Positions 22,449-32,301 of a DNA stretch of 64,000 nucleotides are shown one piece after another (the first letter of the stretch is position 1; each line of letters opens with the position of its first letter). The translations under genes and the position numbers were made by a program. Source of the stretch: Candidatus Omnitrophota bacterium (GTDB lineage Bacteria; Omnitrophota; Gorgyraeia; Gygaellales; Gygaellaceae); assembly GCA_018400015.1 (NCBI GenBank), contig JAGYNB010000002.1, forward strand, positions 52,402 through 116,401, given 5' to 3'. Below the pieces are notes generated by a model. The model was not told where the DNA came from. It worked only from the letters and a program-made list of their open reading frames with translations, and made no database searches.

Positions 22449-23321
22449 ATGAATATCTTAATTATTGGAAGTTCTGCTGCAGGTATTGAGGCTGCAGGTA
22501 TGATTGTTTCCGCAGATAAATCTCACAATGTTACCATAGCAAGCGAGGATTCGGTTTTGCCCTATTATCGGTTTAAACTCGCGGATTTTCTTTTTAGTAA
22601 GGCTTGTGAGAACGGGTTTTATTTTAAGGATCAAACTTTCTTTGATAAGAACAAGATAAAATTATTATTAGGTAAGAAAGCAATAAGCTTGGATACGAGA
22701 CGTAAAAGAGTCAAATTAGATGATAATGGCTATCTGGATTTTGACAGGCTTTTGGTTGCCACAGGAGCCAATTGCGTATTGCCGGATATTAAAGGCATAA
22801 ATAAAAAGAATGTTTATGGATTAAGGAGTTTTTCCGACGTGGAAGAGATAAAAAAGAACTTGCCGGTATCTGATACAATATTTTTGGTAGGCAATGAAGC
22901 ATATTTACAGGATATGGCTTCAAATTTAAGCTCTCAGGGAAAAGAAGTTTTCTTGATTACTCAAAATAATGAACTTTTGAATAATATTAAGCAAAGCGAT
23001 AATTTAAGGTTTGTCCTTGATGATGAAATATCTGAAATAATCGGAGAATCTCAGGTTCAGGCAGTTAAGCTTAAAAGTGGTAAAGTCTTTGCCTGTTCTT
23101 TATTGATATATAATGGTAATTTTAGTCCGAACATATCATTATTGAAAGGCTCGCCGGTTGATTTATCCGATAATGGGGTAATTGTAGATGAAAATATGCG
23201 TACTAATTTAGATTTTATTTTTGCCGCTGGAGACGTGGTTGCAAATGAGACAATATCAAATCGTACTTGGGAAAATGCGCTCAAACAGGGCAGGAAAGCT
23301 GGCTTGGCAATAGTTTTATAG
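22449..23321 (+). CDS. truncated pyridine-nucleotide-disulfide oxidoreductase-family flavoprotein (LpdA/Nox N-terminal-like)
   Basis: Rossmann N-terminus IIGSSAAG, LVATGANCVLPDIKG and AAGDVV motifs; no dimerisation domain; GxGxxG motifs degenerate. Confidence 0.6.
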   Translation: MNILIIGSSAAGIEAAGMIVSADKSHNVTIASEDSVLPYYRFKLADFLFSKACENGFYFKDQTFFDKNKIKLLLGKKAISLDTRRKRVKLDDNGYLDFDRLLVATGANCVLPDIKGINKKNVYGLRSFSDVEEIKKNLPVSDTIFLVGNEAYLQDMASNLSSQGKEVFLITQNNELLNNIKQSDNLRFVLDDEISEIIGESQVQAVKLKSGKVFACSLLIYNGNFSPNISLLKGSPVDLSDNGVIVDENMRTNLDFIFAAGDVVANETISNRTWENALKQGRKAGLAIVL

Positions 23322-23370
23322 TTCATTTCTTTATGCCGCACGATAGATTAACAATCCCTGATCTCTTATA

Positions 23371-25419
23371 ATGACAAATAAATTTTCTTTAGAAAAATCG
23401 TTATCAATAGTAGAAAATAATACCAAAAGATTTTTTCAAGAATATATAATTGGTAATTCCAATATAAGATTTTCTTTTGATGATATTGAAAATGCTTTTC
23501 CTTTGTTTTTGTGTTTTTTTGGCAATAGGATTATCAGTAAGAAACAATTAAGCTTGGCTCTCGATAAGATATCTTGCATGCAGAATAAGACGGTGAAAAA
23601 TACGAAAACATTAAAATTGAGTGAATATGTTAGAAGGCTTGGTTTGATTGCTTTATTTTATGAAGAGATTCGTATATATTGTCAAATTATATTAAAACAT
23701 ATAGAATTAGAAAAAGCAATTTATAGTGATGAACGAATCAGGAACCTCGGCATAGGTTTATTAGATAATTCCTTAAGCGGCTTTATTATAGTGCCAAAGA
23801 AGACAAAAGATAAAAGTTTAGCGGATAACATAATAAGACGAAATCTGTTTTATAATGATAATATTTACAGAACCGTTCAGTGCTTAGTCAGGATTAGTTT
23901 GATGTTTGGTTGTAAAAATAAAATAAACCGGCAGTCTGTAATTAATTACTGCGCGCAGAACATACCGGCTGCAACTGTTTTGTTTGGTGATGCAAAACCC
24001 GAATATATTGCGCAAGCATTGGGTGGATTGAATTTTTCTTTAGCGGTTATTGCAAATAAAAACTTAGCAAGCGTTAAATATATTAAAGCAAAAGATGGTT
24101 TTGATAATGTTGTATTTTTTAAGAACAATGATGAAATTATCGATAAGGCAATCGAAACAAGAAATATTAGGATTAATCCTGATTTAAGCCGTTTTCCTGT
24201 AGGCTTTTCAGATACTTTTCAAGGGCAAATAATTAAAGATAAGGATCTATTGATTGATTTTCCTGTTGGATCAACCTGTGAATTGTTGGTAGATAAACCA
24301 TCTTCTTTTGTACATGACGGGAAGATTGAATTAATTGGGCATGAGTTAGATAAAATAGTTTACAATGATAAAAACAACAGGTTTTTTATATTGTTAGAAG
24401 TGGCGTTTAAAAATGAAACTAGTCGATTTAATGCTGTTCTAGAAAGGCAAATACACAGGTTTATAAATTATATAGATGGTGTAAGCCATCGGGGGCAGAA
24501 GGATTTTTTTAGCTTATCAATTAGCAAAGACGCATTCAGAAAAGGTTTGAGATTGAAAGACATTGCTTTTTTTATTTATGCAATGTTGCATAAAGAGTAT
24601 CATAGTATCGTTAGTAAGGTCCAGATAAAAATAGTTACAGACAAAAAAGAATTTGAAAAACAACTGAAAAAAACTAAAGTCATATACAGCAGTCGTTTAT
24701 TGAAAAGCTTTAAGTTAACAGATACATATGTCAAAGAATTTTATTCGTGTTCGATATGTAGCAGTTTTGTTTTAAATCATGCCTGCATTATTACTCCTGA
24801 ACATCCCGGTCTTTGCGGTTCTTATTCATTTGATGATGCAAGGATTGCTTTTAGGATTGATCCTTCCGGCGCTAGTCGTCCTATAAAAAAAGGCAAAATT
24901 ATTAGCCGCAGGCTTGGGCAATGGCAGGGGATAAACGAATTTGTCGCTAAGACAAGCAAAGAGAAAATTAAGAATATTAATCTTTATTCTATAATGCAAT
25001 CTCCACATACTTGTTCTGCGTGTTTTGAGTGTATAGTTTTGGTATTGCCGGAAGTCAACGCAGTTATGGCAGTAAGCAGAGATTATAATGGTAATACTCC
25101 TATGGGGCTGGGATTTACAGAATTGGCAGAGTTGTTTGAGTATGACAAACAGTCTCCCGGGATGATCTGTTCTAGCCGGATTTTCTTATTGAGTAAAAAA
25201 TTCATTGCTGCAGAGGGGGGTTTGGATAGGGTTGTTTGGATGAATAGCAGCTTAAAGCAATTTCTCCTAAAACACAATGGTTTTTATTTTAAAAATGATC
25301 AACTGAAGAACAGTTTAAGGAAAATTGCAGATGAGCATAACTGTATAACCTTAAAGGGGCTAGGAGAATTCATAAGTAGGGTAAAGCATCCTTGTCTGGG
25401 TATGAAGAATATTATCTAA
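23371..25419 (+). CDS. acsB: acetyl-CoA synthase (CO-methylating ACS, AcsB/CdhC family), full length with N-terminal CODH-interaction domain
   Basis: FYSCSICSSFVLNHACIITPEHPGLCGS reproduces the C-x2-C-x8-C-x9-C A-cluster [4Fe-4S] motif; ERQIHRFINY, VHDGKIELIG and LLSKKFIAAEGGLDRVVWM match conserved ACS blocks. Confidence 0.8.
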   Translation: MTNKFSLEKSLSIVENNTKRFFQEYIIGNSNIRFSFDDIENAFPLFLCFFGNRIISKKQLSLALDKISCMQNKTVKNTKTLKLSEYVRRLGLIALFYEEIRIYCQIILKHIELEKAIYSDERIRNLGIGLLDNSLSGFIIVPKKTKDKSLADNIIRRNLFYNDNIYRTVQCLVRISLMFGCKNKINRQSVINYCAQNIPAATVLFGDAKPEYIAQALGGLNFSLAVIANKNLASVKYIKAKDGFDNVVFFKNNDEIIDKAIETRNIRINPDLSRFPVGFSDTFQGQIIKDKDLLIDFPVGSTCELLVDKPSSFVHDGKIELIGHELDKIVYNDKNNRFFILLEVAFKNETSRFNAVLERQIHRFINYIDGVSHRGQKDFFSLSISKDAFRKGLRLKDIAFFIYAMLHKEYHSIVSKVQIKIVTDKKEFEKQLKKTKVIYSSRLLKSFKLTDTYVKEFYSCSICSSFVLNHACIITPEHPGLCGSYSFDDARIAFRIDPSGASRPIKKGKIISRRLGQWQGINEFVAKTSKEKIKNINLYSIMQSPHTCSACFECIVLVLPEVNAVMAVSRDYNGNTPMGLGFTELAELFEYDKQSPGMICSSRIFLLSKKFIAAEGGLDRVVWMNSSLKQFLLKHNGFYFKNDQLKNSLRKIADEHNCITLKGLGEFISRVKHPCLGMKNII

Positions 25420-25437
25420 GCAGGATTATTTTTTTAC

Positions 25438-25467
25438 TTGACTTGACCGTATTTTATGAGGTATATT
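25438..25467 (+). promoter_or_regulatory. sigma70-like promoter (TTGACT-18-TATATT) for the TPR gene
   Basis: Hexamers read in the 59-nt gap upstream of ATG 25479. Confidence 0.35.
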
Positions 25468-25478
25468 ATAGTTAAATT

Positions 25479-26432
25479 ATGCGTAACTATTTGAAATTCT
25501 TTTTTTTAGGTGTTTTTCTGGTAGTATTTATTTTCTCTATCAGCAGCGTTTGTTTAGCTGATAGCAAAGACGAAGCACTAAATTTACGCAATAAAGGTCT
25601 TTTAGCTCAAGGGACAGGAGATATCGATAAGGCTCTTGAATTTTATCTTCAAGCCCGTAAGAAATGGTCTTCTTGGCCGGTAATTTATAATGATATCGGC
25701 GTTATTTATGAGTTGCAAAATAGAATAAACGAAGCTGAATCCGTATATCTAAAGGCCATACAATTTGACCCTTATTATCCTTCCAGTTATACCAACATGG
25801 CTTTTCTTTATGAGAAGAAGCAGGATTTTAAGAACGCTATTTTCTATTGGGGAAAAAGAAGTCAGTTGGGTAATTCTGATGATCCGTGGGTAAAGACTGC
25901 ACGCGAAAGAATTGCAATTCTAAGGGGCAAGATCGGTTTACAGGGTTCTGATTCTGCTGAGGCATTTGTAAAACAAAGAAGCAGGGATATTCCTGTTGAC
26001 AATAGACATATTTTCCCTTTTAGCGATATTGAAGATACTGAATCTATAGATGACCTCACCAGAAGCGAAAAGCTTGCAAAGATCGAAAAAGATAAGATCA
26101 GAGCAGGATGGTTTCGCGATAATGGTTTTTCTGTTTTAGAGACAGAGCAACTGGAGGGTGTTGAGGAATTAGAAGATGCTATTGAAAAAGAAGACAGGCT
26201 TGAATATTTACAGCAAATGAAAAAAGACAATAATTTACTGCAGGATTTAGATAGCGAGGAATCGTTAGGGTTATTAAGAGAATTGTTAAAAGATGCAGAT
26301 CCGCAAGTAAGAAAAAGCGCTGAAGATGCCCTTTGGTATAATAGCCAGGGTTTTGGAATGTTAGCAGAAGAAGAGGCAGAGCGTATCACGCAGATGCGCA
26401 GTTTACCTTCAAGTAAATCACAGACAGAATAA
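25479..26432 (+). CDS. secreted/membrane-anchored TPR-repeat protein with acidic C-terminus
   Basis: N-terminal hydrophobic segment, TPR-like repeats (AIQFDPYYP..), acidic DE-rich tail. Confidence 0.6.
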   Translation: MRNYLKFFFLGVFLVVFIFSISSVCLADSKDEALNLRNKGLLAQGTGDIDKALEFYLQARKKWSSWPVIYNDIGVIYELQNRINEAESVYLKAIQFDPYYPSSYTNMAFLYEKKQDFKNAIFYWGKRSQLGNSDDPWVKTARERIAILRGKIGLQGSDSAEAFVKQRSRDIPVDNRHIFPFSDIEDTESIDDLTRSEKLAKIEKDKIRAGWFRDNGFSVLETEQLEGVEELEDAIEKEDRLEYLQQMKKDNNLLQDLDSEESLGLLRELLKDADPQVRKSAEDALWYNSQGFGMLAEEEAERITQMRSLPSSKSQTE

Positions 26433-26490
26433 TTAGTGCTAATCTCTAAAATTTAAAAGAGTAATGGTTTATTCCTTCCATTAGTTTTAT

Positions 26491-29013
26491 ATGAAAAATC
26501 CTAAAGAGTTAATATTGATTGACGCGAATTCTTTTTGTTACCGTGCTTTCTATGCGATAAGGCAGCTGCAGACGAGCTATGGACAGCCAACTAATGCTGT
26601 TTATGGTTTTGTTGCAATGATAAATAAACTGCTGGAAGTTTTTAATCCGGAATATGTGGCTGTTTGTTTTGATATCTCCAGGAAGACGTTCCGCAGCGAG
26701 AAATTCAAGGATTATAAATCGAACAGACCGCCCATGCCGGATGATTTGGTTTCGCAAATAGGGCTGATTAAGGAGTTGGTAAAAAGTTATAATTTTTGCC
26801 TACTAGAACGCCAAGGATATGAGGCTGATGATATTATTGCCAGTATGTGTAAGAGATTTAAAAATGAAGGTATCAAAAATATAGTTATTAGCTCTGATAA
26901 AGACATGCTGCAGTTGGTAGATGATGGTACGGTTATTTATAATCCCCAAAAAGAAAAAGGGGTTATGTTTGATGAGAAGGCTGTTATTGAAAGGTATGGT
27001 CTACGCCCCAGTCAAATAGTTGATTATATTAGTTTAATTGGAGATAATGTCGATAATATACCGGGTGTTAAGGGTATTGGAGAAAAGACCGCTCTAACAT
27101 TGCTGCGTGAATTTAAAACAATAGATAAGCTTATTGAAAACTTGGATAAAATCCAAAAGCCAAAGCTAAAAGAATCTATTTATCATGCTAAAAAGCAGCT
27201 TGCTTTAAACCGTGAGTTAGTGACTTTGGATTCTGATATAGAAATATCTCTATCTTTAGATGATTTAAAGGTAAAAGAACCGGATCTTAAGATGCTTGCC
27301 CAGCTATACAGACGCCTAGAGTTTAAGAGTTTATTAAAACAGTTACCTGTAAATGATGAAATCGAGATTATTAAAGTTAAAGAAGACCAGAAATCTTTTA
27401 TCCAGCAGATGAGAGGGAAAAAGTCTATTTCTTTTTTGATTGAGGAAGATTCTTTTTATTTGTCTTTTAATTCCTCTGATATCTGGAAATTTGATCGCAT
27501 ATTCAAAGAGCTAAAATCGCTGTTGGAAGACAAAGGCATTTTAAAAATTACCCATGATGTTAAAAAAGCTTATAAAGTTTTATCAAGAAATAAAATTACC
27601 ATCAATGGCGATATTTTCGATACATTGCTTGCCGGATATCTTTTAGATACTGGCAAAAGCGCATACCCGATAAAAGAAGTGCTTTTTGATTATCTGGAAA
27701 AACAGGTCAATAATGATTTTGAAGCTTCGATTCATTTGTTGTCATTGAAGGAAGTTCTTTTGAAAAAACTAAAAGCAAATAATTTGGAGAAGATTTTTTT
27801 GGAAGTAGAATTGCCTCTTGCCAAGGTTTTATCCAGCTTGGAAGAAGAAGGTTTCTCAATTGATACCAAATTCTTAGCTGAATTATCTAAAGAGTTTGAA
27901 AAAAGACTAAAGAAAATAACGCAGAAGATCTTTGATGTAAGCGAAGATGAGTTTAATATAAATTCACCAAAACAGTTGCGCGTAATCTTATTCGAGAAGT
28001 TAAAACTTCCTGTGGTGAAAAAGACTAAAACAGGCCCCTCAACAGATGAGGAGGTTTTACATGTATTATCTTCTAAACATGAATTGCCAGCACTTTTATT
28101 AGATTATCGTCAGATAACCAAATTAAAATCTACATATGTTGATGTGTTGCCTAGTTTGGTTGATAAAAAAGATAAGATCCATTGTAATTTAAAGCAGTTT
28201 GGGACAAGTACAGGGAGGTTATCTTGTGAAAACCCGAATTTACAGAATATACCTATAAAGACAGCTATGGGTAAAGAAATCAGACGGGCGTTCGTGTGTT
28301 CTAAAAAAGATAATGTTCTCATTTCAAGCGATTATTCGCAGATTGAGTTGAGGATGTTGGCACATTTGTCTCGTGATGAGAATTTAATCAAGGCGTTTAA
28401 TAAAGGTGATGATATTCATAAGTTCACAGCTTCTTTGGTATATGATATTAAAGAAGAAGATGTTGATAGCAAGATGCGTGATGTGGCTAAAAGAGTAAAT
28501 TTTGGCATAATCTATGGAATGAGTGCTTTTGGTCTGGCGAAAGATTTAGTTATTACCAATCAGGAGGCCCAGAATTTTATCGATACGTATTTTTTAAGGT
28601 ATCCCAAGGTCAAAGAATATATTCAAAATCAGATTGAATTTGCTGAAAAAAACGGTTATGTTGAAACGATTCTTGGCAGAAAAAGATTCTTGCCTTTTAT
28701 CAAAAGCAAGATTAACGCTCAAAAGCAGTTTGCCCATCGCCAGGCGATCAATACCCCTGTCCAGGGCTCAGCTGCCGATTTGATGAAGTTAGCAATGATA
28801 AATATTCAAGAGACGATTATTAAGAAGGACTTATCTTTGAAAATGATTTTACAGGTTCATGATGAGCTGATATTCGAGACGGATAAGAAAATAGCTAACG
28901 AGGCCGTGGATTTTATTCGCAGAAGCATGGAGCAGGTTTACAAGATAGACGTACCGATAAAGGCTAATTTAAAACAAGGTCATAATTGGTTCGATATGAA
29001 GAGTGTTAATTAA
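26491..29013 (+). CDS. polA: DNA polymerase I (5'-3' exonuclease + vestigial 3'-5' exo + polymerase)
   Basis: 5' nuclease and H3TH motifs, motif A (ISSDYSQIELR), motif B (RDVAKRVNFGIIYG), motif C (QVHDE); exo domain resembles the Taq-like inactive form (DTLLAGYLLD). Confidence 0.9.
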   Translation: MKNPKELILIDANSFCYRAFYAIRQLQTSYGQPTNAVYGFVAMINKLLEVFNPEYVAVCFDISRKTFRSEKFKDYKSNRPPMPDDLVSQIGLIKELVKSYNFCLLERQGYEADDIIASMCKRFKNEGIKNIVISSDKDMLQLVDDGTVIYNPQKEKGVMFDEKAVIERYGLRPSQIVDYISLIGDNVDNIPGVKGIGEKTALTLLREFKTIDKLIENLDKIQKPKLKESIYHAKKQLALNRELVTLDSDIEISLSLDDLKVKEPDLKMLAQLYRRLEFKSLLKQLPVNDEIEIIKVKEDQKSFIQQMRGKKSISFLIEEDSFYLSFNSSDIWKFDRIFKELKSLLEDKGILKITHDVKKAYKVLSRNKITINGDIFDTLLAGYLLDTGKSAYPIKEVLFDYLEKQVNNDFEASIHLLSLKEVLLKKLKANNLEKIFLEVELPLAKVLSSLEEEGFSIDTKFLAELSKEFEKRLKKITQKIFDVSEDEFNINSPKQLRVILFEKLKLPVVKKTKTGPSTDEEVLHVLSSKHELPALLLDYRQITKLKSTYVDVLPSLVDKKDKIHCNLKQFGTSTGRLSCENPNLQNIPIKTAMGKEIRRAFVCSKKDNVLISSDYSQIELRMLAHLSRDENLIKAFNKGDDIHKFTASLVYDIKEEDVDSKMRDVAKRVNFGIIYGMSAFGLAKDLVITNQEAQNFIDTYFLRYPKVKEYIQNQIEFAEKNGYVETILGRKRFLPFIKSKINAQKQFAHRQAINTPVQGSAADLMKLAMINIQETIIKKDLSLKMILQVHDELIFETDKKIANEAVDFIRRSMEQVYKIDVPIKANLKQGHNWFDMKSVN

Positions 29014-29026
29014 AGAAGGAAACTAC

Positions 29027-30439
29027 ATGAAAATACTTTTTTGTTCCAGCGAAGTTGTGCCTTTTGCAAAAACCGGGGGCTTAGCTGATGTTGCCGGAGC
29101 ATTGCCTGTTGCTTTAAAAGAGCTTAAACATGATATTCGCGTGGTAATGCCAAAGTATGCTTCAATTGATAAAAATAAATTTTCTCTAAAGAAGGTTAAT
29201 AAGTATTTATTTACTTCTAAAATCTCTGACAAGGTAACGGTTTATTTTATCGACCACGATAGTTTTTTTAAGCATGATGGTTTATATGGCGACAAAAAAG
29301 GCGATTATCCTGATAACCTGGAAAGATTTTCTTATTTCTCAAAGAAGGCAATAGAGCTGATAAAAGAAGTTAAATTTGTTCCTGACGTAGTACATTGCAA
29401 TGATTGGCAGACGGCTTTGATAATCGTTTATTTAAAAACTTTGTATAAAAAAGATCCTGTCTATTCAAAGATAAAGACTGTCTTTACGATTCATAATCTT
29501 GCTTACCAGGGGCTTTTTGGAAAGGAAAGTTTTTCTAAGCTAGGGTTAGACGAGAAATATTTTCATGTAGATTACCTTGAATATTACGATAAGATTAATT
29601 TCTTAAAAGGCGGTTTAGTTTTTAGCGATATAATTACTACTGTCAGCGAAGCCTATTCAAAAGAAATTCAGACTAAAGAATTCGGCTGCGGCCTGGAAGG
29701 GTTATTAGCTAAACGTAAAGACGCTCTTTTCGGTATAATCAATGGGCTTGATTATAATTTATGGAATCCCGCACAAGATGCGCTTATTTACAAAAAATAC
29801 TCAGGTAAAAGTTTAAAGGATAAGCATGAGAATAAAATTAAGTTGCAGGCAGAGTGCGGGTTTACAAAAAATAAAGACATTTTAACCTGCGGTATGGTCT
29901 CCAGGCTTGCTGAGCAAAAAGGAGTAGATGTTTTGAGCGATTCTTTAGATGAGCTGATGAAGCTTAATCTACAGGTTGTTATTTTAGGGACTGGGGATGT
30001 GAAGTACCACGATATTTTATTAGATTTAGCGCAAAAACATAAAGACAGTTTACGCGTATTTTTAAAATTTGATAACAAAATTGCTCATAGGATATATGCA
30101 GCAAGTGATTTATTTCTTATGCCTTCTCGTTATGAACCATGCGGACTGGGGCAAATGATAAGTTTAAAGTATGCCACGATTCCTTTAGTTTTTAAAACCG
30201 GCGGTTTGGCTGATACGATAATTGATTTTCATAAGGATAAAGCTAATGGTAATGGGTTTGTATTCGAGAATTTTTCTAAATATGATTTTATCTCAACCGT
30301 AAAAAGGGCAATGGATGTTTTTAAAAAAGATAAATTCAAAGTTCTTATAAATAGAGCTGTTAAAAGCAATTTTTCATGGCAGGCATCTGCAGTAAAATAT
30401 ATAGATTTATTTAAGCGTTTACTAAAAGAGAAGGTATAG
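29027..30439 (+). CDS. glgA: glycogen/starch synthase
   Basis: MKILFCSSEVVPFAKTGGLADV N-terminal ADP-glucose-binding motif. Confidence 0.9.
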   Translation: MKILFCSSEVVPFAKTGGLADVAGALPVALKELKHDIRVVMPKYASIDKNKFSLKKVNKYLFTSKISDKVTVYFIDHDSFFKHDGLYGDKKGDYPDNLERFSYFSKKAIELIKEVKFVPDVVHCNDWQTALIIVYLKTLYKKDPVYSKIKTVFTIHNLAYQGLFGKESFSKLGLDEKYFHVDYLEYYDKINFLKGGLVFSDIITTVSEAYSKEIQTKEFGCGLEGLLAKRKDALFGIINGLDYNLWNPAQDALIYKKYSGKSLKDKHENKIKLQAECGFTKNKDILTCGMVSRLAEQKGVDVLSDSLDELMKLNLQVVILGTGDVKYHDILLDLAQKHKDSLRVFLKFDNKIAHRIYAASDLFLMPSRYEPCGLGQMISLKYATIPLVFKTGGLADTIIDFHKDKANGNGFVFENFSKYDFISTVKRAMDVFKKDKFKVLINRAVKSNFSWQASAVKYIDLFKRLLKEKV

Positions 30440-30446
30440 GCGTTTT

Positions 30447-31037
30447 ATGGTTATTGGCGTTACCGGAGGGTTTGCATGCGGCAAGAGCACTGTAAGTAAG
30501 ATGTTTCGTAATTTGGGTGCGAAGCTTATCGATGCAGACAGAATTGCACACAACGTTTTACAAACGCCTATTGTAAAGAAACATTTAGTCAGGCGTTTTA
30601 GAAAAGATATTTTGGATCTTAAGAATGATATCGATAGAAAAAAATTATCGAAGATTGTTTTCTCAAAACGCAGCGACCTGAATTTTATTAACAGAGTTAT
30701 TCATCCAGAAGTAGTTAAAAGGATAAAATCGCTTATAAAGTTATCGGGTGAGAAAATATGCGTTTTGGACATACCACTGTTGTTTGAAGCAAAATTAGCA
30801 TATTTAGTTGATTATATTGTTGTAGTTAAATGCTTAAAGTGCAGTCAGATTAAAAGAGCAGAAAATAACAATTTTGATATAGAGCGAGTTAAGAAAATAA
30901 TCCAGGCTCAGATGCCTTTAAAATATAAAGTGAAACAGGCTGATTATGTAGTAGATAATAGCTATTCGTTAAAAAAGACCAATATGGAGGTTAAAAGAAT
31001 ATGGCAGGACATGGTTCAAAAACAGAACAAGAAGTAA
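30447..31037 (+). CDS. coaE: dephospho-CoA kinase
   Basis: P-loop [13 protein letters not shown]. Confidence 0.85.
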   Translation: MVIGVTGGFACGKSTVSKMFRNLGAKLIDADRIAHNVLQTPIVKKHLVRRFRKDILDLKNDIDRKKLSKIVFSKRSDLNFINRVIHPEVVKRIKSLIKLSGEKICVLDIPLLFEAKLAYLVDYIVVVKCLKCSQIKRAENNNFDIERVKKIIQAQMPLKYKVKQADYVVDNSYSLKKTNMEVKRIWQDMVQKQNKK

Positions 31038-31039
31038 AG

Positions 31040-32287
31040 ATGGATATCAGTAATCTTAAAGACAAAAAAGTAACTGATCTTAATAAAATCGCCAGGGATT
31101 TGCATGTTAATGGTGCTAGCGTTTTGAAAAAGCAGGATTTGATCTTTAAAATATTGCAGGCCCAGGCGGAAAAAGCCGGACTCATGTTTGGAGAAGGGAC
31201 TCTAGAGATCTTACCCGAAGGTTTTGGGTTCTTAAGATCGGCAAATTATAATTATTTGCCTTCTCCGGACGATATATATATTTCACCATCTCAGATACGC
31301 AAGTTCGATTTAAGAACTGGTGATACTGTAAGTGGTCAGATCAGGCCACCTAAAGAAGGAGAAAAGTATTTTGCGCTTTTAAAAGTTGAAGCGGTTAATT
31401 TTGAAAATCCTGAGAATTCGAAAGAGAAAGTATTGTTTGATAATCTTACACCGCTTTATCCGCAGGAAAAGTTCGTTTTAGAGACCAAGCCGGAAGAGGT
31501 GTCTATGCGGGTTATGAGTCTTTTGACTCCTTTAGGCAAGGGACAGCGTGCTTTGATTGTTGCACCGCCTTATAGCGGAAAGACTGTATTGTTACAAAAA
31601 ATCGGCAATGCGATAATGAGTAATCAACCTGATGCCACATTGATGGTGCTTTTAATCGACGAGCGTCCTGAAGAGGTTACGGATATGCAGCGCAATGTCA
31701 AAGGTGAAGTTATAAGTTCCACCTTTGATGAGGCACCTGAGCGTCATGTGCAGGTAGCGGAAATCGTTTTAGAAAAGGCAAAAAGGCTGATTGAACACAA
31801 GCGCGATGTTGTAATTCTACTTGATAGTATTACCCGTTTAGCGCGTGCCTATAACTCTGTAATGCCCCATAGCGGTAAGATTTTATCAGGCGGCATTGAT
31901 TCCAACGCATTGCAAAAACCAAAGAGGTTTTTTGGTGCAGCACGCGCTTTGGAAGAAGGAGGTTCTCTTACTATAATTGCCACGGCTTTAGTTGATACCG
32001 GAAGCCGCATGGACGATGTTATCTTTGAAGAGTTCAAAGGTACAGGCAATATGGAACTGCAGCTTGATAGAAACCTATTCCAGCGCAGAATATATCCGGC
32101 AATTGACATCAAGCGTTCCAATACACGACATGAGGAACTGCTTCTTAAGGAAGATGAACTTACTAAAATCTGGATACTGCGTAAGGTTTTAAATGATTTA
32201 AATTCCGTAGAGGCTATGGAGTTATTGATACAAAAGCTTGCTAAGACAAAGAATAATAAGGATTTTTTAAACAGCATGAATCAGTAA
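31040..32287 (+). CDS. rho: transcription termination factor Rho
   Basis: Rho N-domain, [20 protein letters not shown]-binding motif, Walker A PPYSGKT; start chosen at MDISNLK after the coaE stop. Confidence 0.9.
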   Translation: MDISNLKDKKVTDLNKIARDLHVNGASVLKKQDLIFKILQAQAEKAGLMFGEGTLEILPEGFGFLRSANYNYLPSPDDIYISPSQIRKFDLRTGDTVSGQIRPPKEGEKYFALLKVEAVNFENPENSKEKVLFDNLTPLYPQEKFVLETKPEEVSMRVMSLLTPLGKGQRALIVAPPYSGKTVLLQKIGNAIMSNQPDATLMVLLIDERPEEVTDMQRNVKGEVISSTFDEAPERHVQVAEIVLEKAKRLIEHKRDVVILLDSITRLARAYNSVMPHSGKILSGGIDSNALQKPKRFFGAARALEEGGSLTIIATALVDTGSRMDDVIFEEFKGTGNMELQLDRNLFQRRIYPAIDIKRSNTRHEELLLKEDELTKIWILRKVLNDLNSVEAMELLIQKLAKTKNNKDFLNSMNQ

Positions 32288-32301
32288 AAAAGGAAAATGT
32301 T

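Noticed and set aside
25862-26389. 175-aa minus-strand ORF antisense to the TPR gene
   Set aside because: Lies entirely inside a well-supported + strand CDS; Ser/Leu-rich low-complexity translation typical of antisense frames in AT-rich coding DNA.
26433-26490. Possible rho-independent terminator after the TPR gene
   Set aside because: Only weak, short complementarity (TCTCT...AGAG) with no GC-rich stem or U-tract.
31992-32192. 66-aa + strand ORF in an alternative frame within rho
   Set aside because: Embedded in the conserved Rho ATPase domain coding region; no independent support.
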